Shown: one piece after another, positions 40,239 to 49,471 of the stretch
Position numbering within the stretch: position 1 is the first letter of the stretch
Layout: the number at the start of each line of letters is the position of its first letter
DNA from: an uncultured Oscillospiraceae bacterium
Lineage (GTDB): Bacteria > Bacillota > Clostridia > Oscillospirales > SIG627
Length of the DNA stretch: 64,000 bases
Assembly: GCA_964558655.1 (NCBI GenBank)
Contig: CAZLEX010000001.1
Location: forward strand, 15,356 to 79,355
Direction: 5' to 3'
Notes under the pieces: generated by a model
What the model was told of the DNA's origin: nothing
The model's database searches: none
What the model saw: the letters and a program-made list of their open reading frames with translations, nothing else
Position numbers and translations under genes: made by a program

Positions 40239-40994
40239 TTAGTCATTAATCCAGAAAAAATTATTGAGAATTTGACTGTTTAAATTTTCCGGAGATGAAG
40301 TAATCGCAAGTTCGACTAAATATCCTTCATTTTTGAAAACAACATATGTTTGATATAAAACATTTCCGTTAATTTCAGCCGAAATATCCAACGCATCAAC
40401 TTCTCGGTTGCCGATATTTACTTTTTTGTATTCTCCGGTTACATTTTCATAACCAGAATTCACCAAAGCACGCTGTATAATACCGTCTTCAAGATATTCG
40501 GAAATTGAAATGGCTTTGTAATCGTCTGCTGTCATTTTGGTTGTGGAAAGAGTAACATTGTTTAAACCGGTTGCATCGGAAGCATACAAATCACAAACGG
40601 TCTTAATTTTTTCCGCCGCTTCAACAAATTCGTCAAAATCGGTTGCGTCATTCAAACCGTTGAGAATCATAAGATCTTTATCGCTTTTAAAGCTCCATGA
40701 ATCGCTTGCTTTGAATCCAAGACCTAAAAAAGTGTTTTTCCAAGTGTTTCCATCAACATCAGAACAAAGGAAAATGTCTTTTATATCCAAAGAAGAAGTC
40801 TCAATTTCGGTATAGTTGTCATTATCGTCATTATCACCGTCTAAGTCGGAAATATCGTCAATCGGATTTGTCGTTGCCGGTGTTTTATCTGTTGTGGTAG
40901 GATTGTTATTATCGCCCTGTTCTTCTTCTTTGTTGCAGGAAGCAAAACATAAAACGAAAGATAAAACAAGCATTAAAATTAAAAATTTTTTCAT
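40239..40994 (-). CDS. Hypothetical lipoprotein
   Basis: MKK, hydrophobic core, lipobox FAS-C, then a T/D/N-rich linker. Confidence 0.8.
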   Translation of the reverse strand: MKKFLILMLVLSFVLCFASCNKEEEQGDNNNPTTTDKTPATTNPIDDISDLDGDNDDNDNYTEIETSSLDIKDIFLCSDVDGNTWKNTFLGLGFKASDSWSFKSDKDLMILNGLNDATDFDEFVEAAEKIKTVCDLYASDATGLNNVTLSTTKMTADDYKAISISEYLEDGIIQRALVNSGYENVTGEYKKVNIGNREVDALDISAEINGNVLYQTYVVFKNEGYLVELAITSSPENLNSQILNNFFWIND

Positions 40995-41154
40995 AAAATT
41001 CTCCCGTATAGATCTTAAAACTATTCATTTGTTAATGTGAAAAGATATTACACTACATTATAACACAAATAAATAAAATTGACAAGTGCTTTTAAAAAAT
41101 CCGTTATTTTAAACTAAAAAAAAGAAAATTTTTAAGCGAGTTGCCGAAACAGCG

Positions 41155-41184
41155 AAATAAAGGCTTCTCTTGAAGCCTTTATTT
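41155..41184. terminator. Hairpin terminator after the CNNM gene
   Basis: AAATAAAGGCTTC-TCTT-GAAGCCTTTATTT. Confidence 0.7.
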
Positions 41185-41242
41185 TTTATACAATTCAAGC
41201 GATTTACAGATTGAGTTTGTATAGAGATATCTATCACTAACT

Positions 41243-42517
41243 TTATTCGTTACCTTTGTTTTTTTCTTCCTGATCTTCTTCGGGTTTTTCAAGCAGTTCA
41301 ACGCGAACTAAAGTTACTCGATGAGATTCGCATTTTTCAACTTTAAAAATTGCGAACTCGGACTCATATATGTCACCTTCGTCAGGAACTTTTTCAAGCT
41401 TCTCGGCAAGCCACCCGCCGAGAGAGACACTGTCCGATTCAATTTCACTCAGGTCAAATTTTTCACAAAAGTCGTCTACGGAAACAGTCCCGTCTACAAG
41501 ATATGTTCTTTCGCCTATTTCATTGTATTCTTCGATAACTTCGTCGTGTTCGTCCCAAATATCTCCTACAAGTTCCTCAAGGATATCTTCCATTGTAACT
41601 ATTCCCAAAGTACCGCCGTATTCGTCAAGTACAACGGCTATATGAGATTTTTCTTCCTGAAGCAGTTTGAGCAGATTAGATATTTTCTCTGTTTGATGAA
41701 CGAACAGCGGAGGAGACCAAATATCTTTTATATCACCTTCGTATACGCCGCCGTTTACATAAAAATCTTTTTGATGTATAACTCCGACGATATTGTCTAT
41801 GTTGTCTTCGTAAATAAGAAGCCGTGAAAAACGGGTTTGAGTGAAAGTTTCGGCAATTTCTTCTTTTGTTGCATCTGACGGAAGAGCTTCAAGATCTACT
41901 CTGTGCGTAAGAATTTCTTCGGCACGCTGATCGGTGAATTCAATAACATTTTTCAGAAGTTCTCCTTCATCTGTATCAATACTTCCTTCTTGCTGACCTT
42001 CTTCAACAAGAATGAGCAGTTCTTCCTGAGAGACCCCCTCTTCTTCTTTTGAACCAAATAATTTAAATATTAATTTACGCCACAACGAAAAAAGTGCTGT
42101 TATCGGCATCATGAGTGTCAGAAAAAATTTTAAAATTTGTGCTGTCGACATTGAAAAAGATTCCGAATGAACCCGTGCCAAAGTTTTTGGCGTAATTTCT
42201 CCGAAAACAAGGACTATAACCGTTGCAACAATTGTTGAAACCGTGGCACCGATTTGCTGATTTTTCAAAATATCAACAAAAAGCAATGTAGCAATTGAAG
42301 AAAACAGTATATTGACTATGTTGTTTCCTATAAGAATTGTAGAAATAAGTTTATCGTATTTTTCGGAAAGTTTAAGCACAAGGTCGGCTTTTTTATTCCC
42401 TTTTTCCGCAAGGGCTTTCAGTTTTGTTTTATTAACTGTCGAAAAAGCGGTCTCGGTAGCCGAAAAATAGGCTGACATTACAAGACATACCGCCATAATT
42501 GTTATGTATACTGTCAT
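41243..42517 (-). CDS. HlyC/CorC (CNNM/DUF21 + CBS + CorC) family membrane protein, putative Mg2+/divalent cation transporter
   Basis: SAYFSATETAF, ILIGNNIVNI, VFGEITPKTLA, FSRLLIY, VLDEYGGTLGIVTMEDILEELVGDI. Confidence 0.92.
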   Translation of the reverse strand: MTVYITIMAVCLVMSAYFSATETAFSTVNKTKLKALAEKGNKKADLVLKLSEKYDKLISTILIGNNIVNILFSSIATLLFVDILKNQQIGATVSTIVATVIVLVFGEITPKTLARVHSESFSMSTAQILKFFLTLMMPITALFSLWRKLIFKLFGSKEEEGVSQEELLILVEEGQQEGSIDTDEGELLKNVIEFTDQRAEEILTHRVDLEALPSDATKEEIAETFTQTRFSRLLIYEDNIDNIVGVIHQKDFYVNGGVYEGDIKDIWSPPLFVHQTEKISNLLKLLQEEKSHIAVVLDEYGGTLGIVTMEDILEELVGDIWDEHDEVIEEYNEIGERTYLVDGTVSVDDFCEKFDLSEIESDSVSLGGWLAEKLEKVPDEGDIYESEFAIFKVEKCESHRVTLVRVELLEKPEEDQEEKNKGNE

Positions 42518-42651
42518 GCGAACAAATCCTCCTTAAAAATAGACACAAAAAGGCATACCTGCACACTTCTTGCAAGTGCAGATATGCCAAAATCTATATC
42601 ATTATTAAAAAAGTAAGTATTCGCGTCGGGATCGCAACTGCCACCGTCCAT
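42514..42651 (-). CDS. Putative 45-aa leader peptide (MDGGSCDPDANTYFFNN...), stop overlaps the CNNM start
   Basis: AAGGAGG at 42670-42664; 46-codon open frame; TGA (42516-42514) overlaps ATG 42517 as ATGA. Confidence 0.5.
   Translation of the reverse strand: MDGGSCDPDANTYFFNNDIDFGISALARSVQVCLFVSIFKEDLFA
42547..42588 (-). terminator. Attenuator-type intrinsic terminator in the CNNM leader
   Basis: GGCATATCTGCAC / GTGCAGGTATGCC 13-bp stem followed by TTTTT, upstream of the gene's RBS. Confidence 0.75.
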
Positions 42652-42689
42652 TTTGACTATCATCCTCCTTAAGTAATACAGTTTGTAGA

Positions 42690-42718
42690 ATTATAACAAA
42701 TAAATCTGTGCTTGTCAA
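42690..42718 (-). promoter_or_regulatory. Consensus SigA promoter of the CNNM leader
   Basis: TTGACA (42718-42713), 17 nt, TATAAT (42695-42690). Confidence 0.85.
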
Positions 42719-42791
42719 GGGCTTTATTGCATTTTAACAAAAAAGTTATGTTTAAACTAAGGTAAAAAACATACGGTGACAGCCAATTTAT

Positions 42792-44432
42792 TTATTCGAC
42801 ATTTGCTCCGAACCGTTTTATTTTGCGTGTAGTCGTTTTTTCGAGTGCTTCGCTCAAAATTTCTATTTTTTTAATATGTTTGTAACTCGGTATTTTTTCG
42901 TTAACCGTTTCTATTACGCTTTTTATAATTTTTTCGGTTTCCTCTTTGGAAGGAATGTGCCCTAACTTACTCTGAATATAGTCGAGTTTCGGAAAAATCT
43001 TTGCTTTTATTACTGTGCGTCCGGATTTTTTGTCTTCTACAACAATAACATCGGACACCTCATCGTTCAAAGAAATTCGTCCTTCAAGTTCTTCCGGAAA
43101 TATATTTTTTCCGTTTTCCGAAACGATTACATTTTTAATTCTTCCCTTTATGTACAATTCTCCGTCATTTCCCACGACACCGAGATCCCCTGTATGAAAC
43201 CAACCGTCACGAATAACCGCTTCGGTTGCAGCCGTGTCGTTAAAGTATCCCAGCATAATATTCTCTCCTCGTGCAATTATCTCGCCGACTCCCTCGCTAT
43301 TTGGGCAATCGATTTTTAATTCCACCCCGGGTATAGCAATTCCGGTAGAAAGAGCATTGAAATAAAAATCGCTGTTACCTGCCAAAAGCGGAGAACACTC
43401 TGTAAGACCATATCCTTGAAGAGTTCTAATCCCCAATGCCGTAAAATCATCTACAAGCGAAGTGTCCAATTCGGCAGCTCCGACAATAAAAAGTCTCAAA
43501 TTTCCACCGAGTGTTTTTCTTACTTTGCTCTGTATGATGTTTCTCATGAAGAAAGGAAGTTTTTTCAAACCGTATGCTAACCCGTTTTCCTCAAAATATT
43601 GCTTGTATTTTTGCGGACAGCCGTCAATTACGGACGATTTTATGCGTCTGGAAAGAATAGCAAGCAATTCGGGAACAACAACCAAAACGCTGGGAGAATA
43701 TTCGCGGATACTTCTTGCAATTGTTTGAAGCGATTCCGTATAACAAATACATGCACCGCGTGATAAAATCAAAAGGCAGTTCAATGTACATTCATAAGTA
43801 TGATGTAGCGGCAAAACAGACATTGTTTTGTCGTTATCAAAAATTTTCACAACGCTTACAGTTTGATAAATATTCGAAAGAATGTTATTTTGAGAAAGCA
43901 TTACACCTTTGGAAGAACCTGTTGTTCCCGAAGTAAAAAGGAGGACGCTCATTTCGTCTTTGCTTTTTACAATCATATCTGTTTCTTTTCTTTCGGCAGA
44001 TATATCATTGTCAACAATTTCCGAAAGTTCATCAAAAGATACTCGGTTTAAATTTGCGGAAATTTTTTCGGAAACTTTTAAATCGCAAAAAATCACTTTA
44101 CATTCGGCAAGCATAAAAAAATCTTTAATATCGGTTCCGGCGAGTTCCTTATCAATAGGTACCGCCACTCCTACCGTTGCCGCACAAATATAAGATAATA
44201 CCCATTCGTAACAATTTTTTCCGGAAATTGCGATTTTAGCTCCTTTGTATCCGTTTTTTATAAGATAGGAACACATTTTGTAAAAATGTTCTCTGAATTC
44301 CGAAAAAGTAATTTCACGATATTCGCCATTCTTTAATTTTATCTGAAATGCCTTTCGATTTTTAAATTTTTCGGCAATATAATTTACCATATCGCAAAAG
44401 CTTTCAAATTTTGGAGCGTTATATGTTTTCAT
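42792..44432 (-). CDS. Long-chain fatty acid-CoA ligase (AMP-binding)
   Basis: FTSGTTGSSKGV, LPLHHTYE, QGYGLTECSP, WFHTGDLG, GRIKNVIV..GKNIFPEELE. Confidence 0.92.
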   Translation of the reverse strand: MKTYNAPKFESFCDMVNYIAEKFKNRKAFQIKLKNGEYREITFSEFREHFYKMCSYLIKNGYKGAKIAISGKNCYEWVLSYICAATVGVAVPIDKELAGTDIKDFFMLAECKVIFCDLKVSEKISANLNRVSFDELSEIVDNDISAERKETDMIVKSKDEMSVLLFTSGTTGSSKGVMLSQNNILSNIYQTVSVVKIFDNDKTMSVLPLHHTYECTLNCLLILSRGACICYTESLQTIARSIREYSPSVLVVVPELLAILSRRIKSSVIDGCPQKYKQYFEENGLAYGLKKLPFFMRNIIQSKVRKTLGGNLRLFIVGAAELDTSLVDDFTALGIRTLQGYGLTECSPLLAGNSDFYFNALSTGIAIPGVELKIDCPNSEGVGEIIARGENIMLGYFNDTAATEAVIRDGWFHTGDLGVVGNDGELYIKGRIKNVIVSENGKNIFPEELEGRISLNDEVSDVIVVEDKKSGRTVIKAKIFPKLDYIQSKLGHIPSKEETEKIIKSVIETVNEKIPSYKHIKKIEILSEALEKTTTRKIKRFGANVE

Positions 44433-44689
44433 TTGTTCCTCCGTAACTCGTTTTGTTTTTTTGACTTTGTTATCTGGTTTTCGATACTATGTTACCATAT
44501 TTTTCGAACCATGTCAAGCGTTTGTGCCAAAAAAGTTTCAATCGTAAAGATGAATTTTGATATTTTTCTTCGAAAGTACTGTTTTTTCATTAATTTTCGC
44601 GGAAATCTTAAATTTAAAAGATTGCGGTATCATCGGCTTGCAATTTTTTGTGAAGATATTTTAGGAAAGTTGAACCGTTTGAGTATAAT

Positions 44690-44733
44690 AAAATATGCAC
44701 CTTCAAAGTACCTCTACTTTCTCCGGTGCATAT
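44690..44733 (-). terminator. Terminator, copy 2 of the ATATGCACC/GGTGCATAT element
   Basis: Same 9-bp outer stem and an AAAGTA/TACTTT inner stem, about 15 nt after the P-II stop. Confidence 0.65.
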
Positions 44734-44748
44734 CGTTAATATATTATG

Positions 44749-45417
44749 TTATATTTTAAAAGCTTTTTCAACGGGTACAGAACAAACAATTCCCGATGCT
44801 TCCGTCTTTAATCCGAAGTGGGTATTAATTTCATTCATTATGGCATTTGCAATATTGTCGGATGCCAGAATAGAAACAATTTCTTTTTCTTCGGAAAGTT
44901 CCCTCTCATCTGTCATTTTAAGCGATTCGCTTCCCGCAAGTCTGGCTCGAATTACCGTACCGCCTGCTGCTCCGACACGCCTTGCACATTGCATAACTTC
45001 TTCCGTATAACCGGAATTTACCGTAACAAAAATAAGGCTGTGTTTTGTATTATTGTCCATTTTTTCAACTCCTTTATCACTCGAATCGTTCACACGGTTA
45101 AGAATTTCCGAAGTAAGCCTGTTAATTGCAGAAAGAGGCAATATCATCAATATTCCACCGAATTTCGGCGTATATTCCACATCGGTAGAAAAAAGCGATT
45201 CTATTTGCCCGAGAATTTTTTCGGGAGCCAAACTTATAATCACATCTTTATCGTTAGTGCCCAGACCGAAAATATCCATCATTTCCGATGGAGCCGTTCC
45301 CTGTCCGACACTTTGAAAATGCAGTTTTATATTGTTTTTTTCCAGCAATTCAACAAAAGATTTACTCTTGCCTCGCTTTATAAATGTAACAATCATTGCA
45401 ATACGGTTTGTATTCAT
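44749..45417 (-). CDS. P-II-family signal transduction protein (two P-II-like domains)
   Basis: Two repeats with GQGTA and AGGTV..EKEIVSI..GIVCSVPVE; adjacent to DUF1538. Confidence 0.75.
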   Translation of the reverse strand: MNTNRIAMIVTFIKRGKSKSFVELLEKNNIKLHFQSVGQGTAPSEMMDIFGLGTNDKDVIISLAPEKILGQIESLFSTDVEYTPKFGGILMILPLSAINRLTSEILNRVNDSSDKGVEKMDNNTKHSLIFVTVNSGYTEEVMQCARRVGAAGGTVIRARLAGSESLKMTDERELSEEKEIVSILASDNIANAIMNEINTHFGLKTEASGIVCSVPVEKAFKI

Positions 45418-45418
45418 T

Positions 45419-46933
45419 TTACACCTCCGTATAGAAAATCATATCATCGGGTATTTGCAAAAGTTCGCTGTGAGCACGCTTAAGCTGCTTTTGCTGTTTT
45501 ATTTTTCCGACAAGTCCGAGAATTTGAATGGTTATAAGCGGAGTCATCGCAACCATTGCAACAATTCCGAATGCATCGGTAAGTATGTTCCCCTCAAGAG
45601 TTTCACAAGCACCGATAGCAAAAGGCAGAATAAATGTTGTAGTCATAGGACCGCTGGCAACGCCTCCGGAGTCAAACGCTATTCCCGTATAAACAGGAGG
45701 AACAAAAAAAGTTATTATAAGCGAAATCAAGTATCCGCCGACTATAAACGGATAAATAGAAATTCCGGTTACAACCCGAAGCATCGACACTCCGACGGAA
45801 ACGGCAACACCAATCGAAAGTGCAGTGCCAATGGATTTTTGACTTATCGCACCGTTGGTTATCTCTTCGACCTGCTTCTTCAAAGTATGTACCGCAGGCT
45901 CGGCAGATACCACAAAATATCCCATAAGAGCTCCTACCGGTATAAGAATATACTTTGATTCCCCTCTTGCCAATTCCGAACCTATAAGCCTACCTGCCGG
46001 CATAAATCCGACATTCGCGCCTGTCAGAAAAAGCACAAGCCCTAAGTATGTATAAATAAGACCTACGGATATTTTCAAAACCTGATGCATATGAAATTTT
46101 CGGAATATAAGTTCAAAAATTACAAATACTCCTATGATAGGCATAAATGCCACCGCAACTTCCTTTGCATACTCCGGCAACTCACGGACAAAAGCTCCGA
46201 ACGCCTCTTTGGATGTTTCAAAAACACCTATTGTATCCTGTACCGTATTCGAATCTGTTTTAAAGAAAAGACTTAATATAAGAACCGAAAGTATCGGGCC
46301 TATACTGCAAAGTGCAATTAATCCGAAACTGTTTTCCTGTGCACGCTTATCGTTTGAGAGAGACGCCATTCCCGCACCCAAAGCCATAATAAACGGCACC
46401 GTCATAGGACCTGTCGTAACTCCGCCGGAATCGAATGCGGTCGGAATAAAATCGTCAGGTACGAAAAGAGCGAGCACTATGGTTAGTGTGTAAAAAATCC
46501 ACAAAAGTCGTGACAGCGGAATATTTTTCCTTATACGAAACATTGAAAGCATAAGAAACAATCCTACACCGACAGCTACGCAAAAAATGAGAACCGAATT
46601 AGGAATTGAAGGAACCTGTTCGGCAAGCACTTGCAAATCGGGTTCGGCAACGGTTATAAGTGCCCCGAGAATAAAGGAAACTATAAGCGGAATTGCAATT
46701 TTTTTAGATTTTGCAAGCTGGACACCTATATTTTCGCTTAACGGTTGCATAGAAATGTCGGCACCTATTGTAAAAAGACTCATTCCGAAAATTATCATCA
46801 AAGTTCCGAAAAAGAAAAGTACAAGCACACCGGATTGCATGGGTGCGACAGAAATGCTTAAGAGCAACACTATCACAAATATCGGAAGTGAAGAAAGTGC
46901 CGACTCCTTCATCGCTTTTCCAAGTAATTTCAA
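45419..46933 (-). CDS. DUF1538 membrane protein (two fused domains)
   Basis: Paired motifs TVAEPDL / VSAEPAV and AFDSGGVTTGPMT / AFDSGGVASGPMT. Confidence 0.85.
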   Translation of the reverse strand: MKLLGKAMKESALSSLPIFVIVLLLSISVAPMQSGVLVLFFFGTLMIIFGMSLFTIGADISMQPLSENIGVQLAKSKKIAIPLIVSFILGALITVAEPDLQVLAEQVPSIPNSVLIFCVAVGVGLFLMLSMFRIRKNIPLSRLLWIFYTLTIVLALFVPDDFIPTAFDSGGVTTGPMTVPFIMALGAGMASLSNDKRAQENSFGLIALCSIGPILSVLILSLFFKTDSNTVQDTIGVFETSKEAFGAFVRELPEYAKEVAVAFMPIIGVFVIFELIFRKFHMHQVLKISVGLIYTYLGLVLFLTGANVGFMPAGRLIGSELARGESKYILIPVGALMGYFVVSAEPAVHTLKKQVEEITNGAISQKSIGTALSIGVAVSVGVSMLRVVTGISIYPFIVGGYLISLIITFFVPPVYTGIAFDSGGVASGPMTTTFILPFAIGACETLEGNILTDAFGIVAMVAMTPLITIQILGLVGKIKQQKQLKRAHSELLQIPDDMIFYTEV

Positions 46934-47074
46934 GCCAAATCCTCCATATCTTTTTATTTATCACTAATTTTATTATATGCCACCATATACTGAATTTTAG
47001 CACAAAAATATGAACCATTCAATAATAAAACCTTTATTTTTTCAGAAAAATAAAGGTTTTTGTCATTTTTTATA

Positions 47075-47488
47075 TTACAGTGCCATAATGAGTGTTCCGA
47101 TTCCTATAAAAACACAGCCCACCAAAGATTTAGCATTAAATTTTTCATGCAAAAAAATAAAAGAAAGCACCAATGTAAATATTACACTGAGTTTATCAAC
47201 GGGAACAACCCTCGATACATCTCCGACTTGCAATGCTCTGTAATAGCAAAGCCAGGAAGCACCTGTTGCAAGTCCGGACAAAATCAAAAAGATCCAGCTT
47301 TTCCGACTTATCTCGAAAATACCGCTTTGAGTGTCGGTAAGAAAAACCATTCCCCAAGCCATAACAACGACAACAACCGTTCTTATAGCTGTCGCAAGAG
47401 TTGAATTTACACCGTCAATACCCGCTTTTGCAAGAACGGAAGTAAGGGAAGCAAAAATCGCTGACAATAGTGCAAACAAAAACCACAT
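47075..47488 (-). CDS. EamA/DMT family small transporter
   Basis: ALLSAIFASLTSVLAK, SWLCYYRAL, VVPVDKLSV. Confidence 0.88.
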   Translation of the reverse strand: MWFLFALLSAIFASLTSVLAKAGIDGVNSTLATAIRTVVVVVMAWGMVFLTDTQSGIFEISRKSWIFLILSGLATGASWLCYYRALQVGDVSRVVPVDKLSVIFTLVLSFIFLHEKFNAKSLVGCVFIGIGTLIMAL

Positions 47489-47528
47489 AAAAATTCCTCC
47501 TTGATTTTTTGCGATTACAATTAAGAAT

Positions 47529-48092
47529 TCACGATTTTGTAAAGTTCGGCGACAAAGGATTGCTTTTATGTTTTCCGATTATTTTCTCCATGTAAATCAT
47601 ATTGTACCATCTACCGAATTTACAGCCGCACCTGTAAAATTCACCGACCTTTTTAAAACCGATATGAGAATGAAAATCGGCACTGCTTTTCGTAAGATAT
47701 TCGTCTTCTTTTTCCGGATAAGCAATACAGGCGTACAAATTCGTTATCCCCATCTCGAAAAGACGGTTTTCCAGTGCTTCATAAAGCATTTTGCCCATGT
47801 TGCACTTTTGACTGTTTATATCAATATATATGGTAAGCGTACATGACCATTCATACGCTTTTCTGTCCATAAATGGTGCTGCATAAGCGAATCCTTCAAT
47901 TCTGCCGTTTTTTAAAATTACAAAATAAGGATATTTTCGGCAAATGTTCTTCATTCGCATTTTAAATTCTTCAAGCGAAGGTACTTCATATTCAAATGTT
48001 ATTGCCGTATTTTTTACATAGTAACCGTATATTTCCAGAAGACGCTGTGCATCTTCAATTAAACATTCACGAACTTTTAATGAATTTTCCAT
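47529..48092 (-). CDS. GNAT acetyltransferase (Pat/YncA-like)
   Basis: TAITFEYEVP, GFAYA..RKAYEWS..IY, FHSHIGF..VG..KFGRWY. Confidence 0.88.
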   Translation of the reverse strand: MENSLKVRECLIEDAQRLLEIYGYYVKNTAITFEYEVPSLEEFKMRMKNICRKYPYFVILKNGRIEGFAYAAPFMDRKAYEWSCTLTIYIDINSQKCNMGKMLYEALENRLFEMGITNLYACIAYPEKEDEYLTKSSADFHSHIGFKKVGEFYRCGCKFGRWYNMIYMEKIIGKHKSNPLSPNFTKS

Positions 48093-48109
48093 ATAATAAC
48101 CGTCGCTTT

Positions 48110-48991
48110 TCAGCGATATTCCTGCTTTAAATAATCTTTGATTATGGATTTGCTTACCGTAAATTCTGGAGTGCCCATTGAACCGGGAGCGACTTCATAT
48201 TTATCGAACACTATAACAAGATCTCCGTTATCGTTCCAGTAAAAGTTGTGATCTAATGACAGCTCGTTAAAGTCCCATCCTACAAATGCGTCATCAACCC
48301 AATAAATAATTCCGTTTTCGGGATCGAGCAAAGAACGCATTTGCTCTTTTATGTTGTTTTCAGTTACGGTATAAAATTCATCGTTTGCAACGATATCGCT
48401 CAATTGAACAATTTTTCCGCTCACATTATCTATGTGATAATATTTATAATAAGTGTTACTGCTTCCCGCAGCTTCGTGAACGGTAATTTTAAGTGTAAAC
48501 CATTTTTGAGTATTTGTTATTACATCATAATCAACATAAATTGAGCTATGTCCTTCAATTCCGACAATTTTAAGATCTTCGTTGAACCTGTCCGAAAGAA
48601 TTTTCGTAAGTTCGTCTATATCTTTGTTGATATATTCGTCGGCATCGTGATTTTCACTTTCAATTTTCGGAACGGAAATATTCATTTCGTGATATTCGTC
48701 GGTGTAAAAATAATTTCTTATTGTAACAGCTTTGACAATATCGCTTATAATCGGAATTTTCTCCATAGTTTTTGCATACACCGTGCTTACATTCGGCAAA
48801 ATTATAAGGCAAATTATTATCAGAGACGCTGCAAGCGATATTGCCGGAGAAAGTAACTTTGTCTTCTTGATTTCTTTTTCGGATAGCGACGAAAGAGTTT
48901 TTTCGATTTTTTCTTTGGCACTGTCTGAAATATCCGATTTTTCCTCTTTTGCTTTTGCTCTTATAAAATCATCAAAATCATTCATTCTCAA
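48110..48991 (-). CDS. Anti-sigma factor, RsiV-like (DUF3298 C-terminus)
   Basis: N-terminal cytoplasmic part, one TM, LPNVS..YAK..IP, NFYWN..GDLVIVFDKYEVAPGSMG.PEF. Confidence 0.85.
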   Translation of the reverse strand: MRMNDFDDFIRAKAKEEKSDISDSAKEKIEKTLSSLSEKEIKKTKLLSPAISLAASLIIICLIILPNVSTVYAKTMEKIPIISDIVKAVTIRNYFYTDEYHEMNISVPKIESENHDADEYINKDIDELTKILSDRFNEDLKIVGIEGHSSIYVDYDVITNTQKWFTLKITVHEAAGSSNTYYKYYHIDNVSGKIVQLSDIVANDEFYTVTENNIKEQMRSLLDPENGIIYWVDDAFVGWDFNELSLDHNFYWNDNGDLVIVFDKYEVAPGSMGTPEFTVSKSIIKDYLKQEYR

Positions 48992-49469
48992 AGTCCTCCT
49001 TTAATATTTCCCGCAACTGTTTTCTGGCACGGGAAAGACGCTTTTTAACGGTAACTACGGAAGAACAGGTAATTTTTGAAATTTGCGATATTGAAAAATC
49101 TTCATAATAAAAAAGTACAATTACCGTTCTGTACGGCTGTTTCAAACTTTCAACCGCATCACGCAAAGAAATGTTTGTTATCAAGCGGCTTTGATCGCTT
49201 TTGCCGATAATAAACTCCGCTTCTTCCAAAGAAACAGTCCCGGAATTTTTACGGATGAATTCGACCGCCGTGTTATGCACTATTCGCAATATCCACGGTT
49301 TAAAAGCGTTATCATTTTTCAGGGTATCAAATTTTTTATACGCACGGTATATGGACTCACTTATTATTTCAGATGCATCGGCATCGTTTTTCACTATTGA
49401 AAACGCAAGAGAATACATCGCCTTTTCGCAGAGCCGCACTTGTTCACAAAATGTATCTCTTTGAGTCAA
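48978..49469 (-). CDS. ECF RNA polymerase sigma factor, SigV-like
   Basis: MYSLAFSIVKNDADA, FKPWILRIVHN, region 4 LKQPYRTVIVLFY..TVKKRLSRAR. TTG 49469 follows AAGGAG. Confidence 0.88.
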   Translation of the reverse strand: MTQRDTFCEQVRLCEKAMYSLAFSIVKNDADASEIISESIYRAYKKFDTLKNDNAFKPWILRIVHNTAVEFIRKNSGTVSLEEAEFIIGKSDQSRLITNISLRDAVESLKQPYRTVIVLFYYEDFSISQISKITCSSVVTVKKRLSRARKQLREILKEDFENE

Positions 49470-49471
49470 AA

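Noticed and set aside
42540-42690. Known metal riboswitch (M-box, yybP-ykoY, fluoride) upstream of the CNNM gene
   Set aside because: None of their consensus segments could be found, and the region before the terminator is too short for an M-box.
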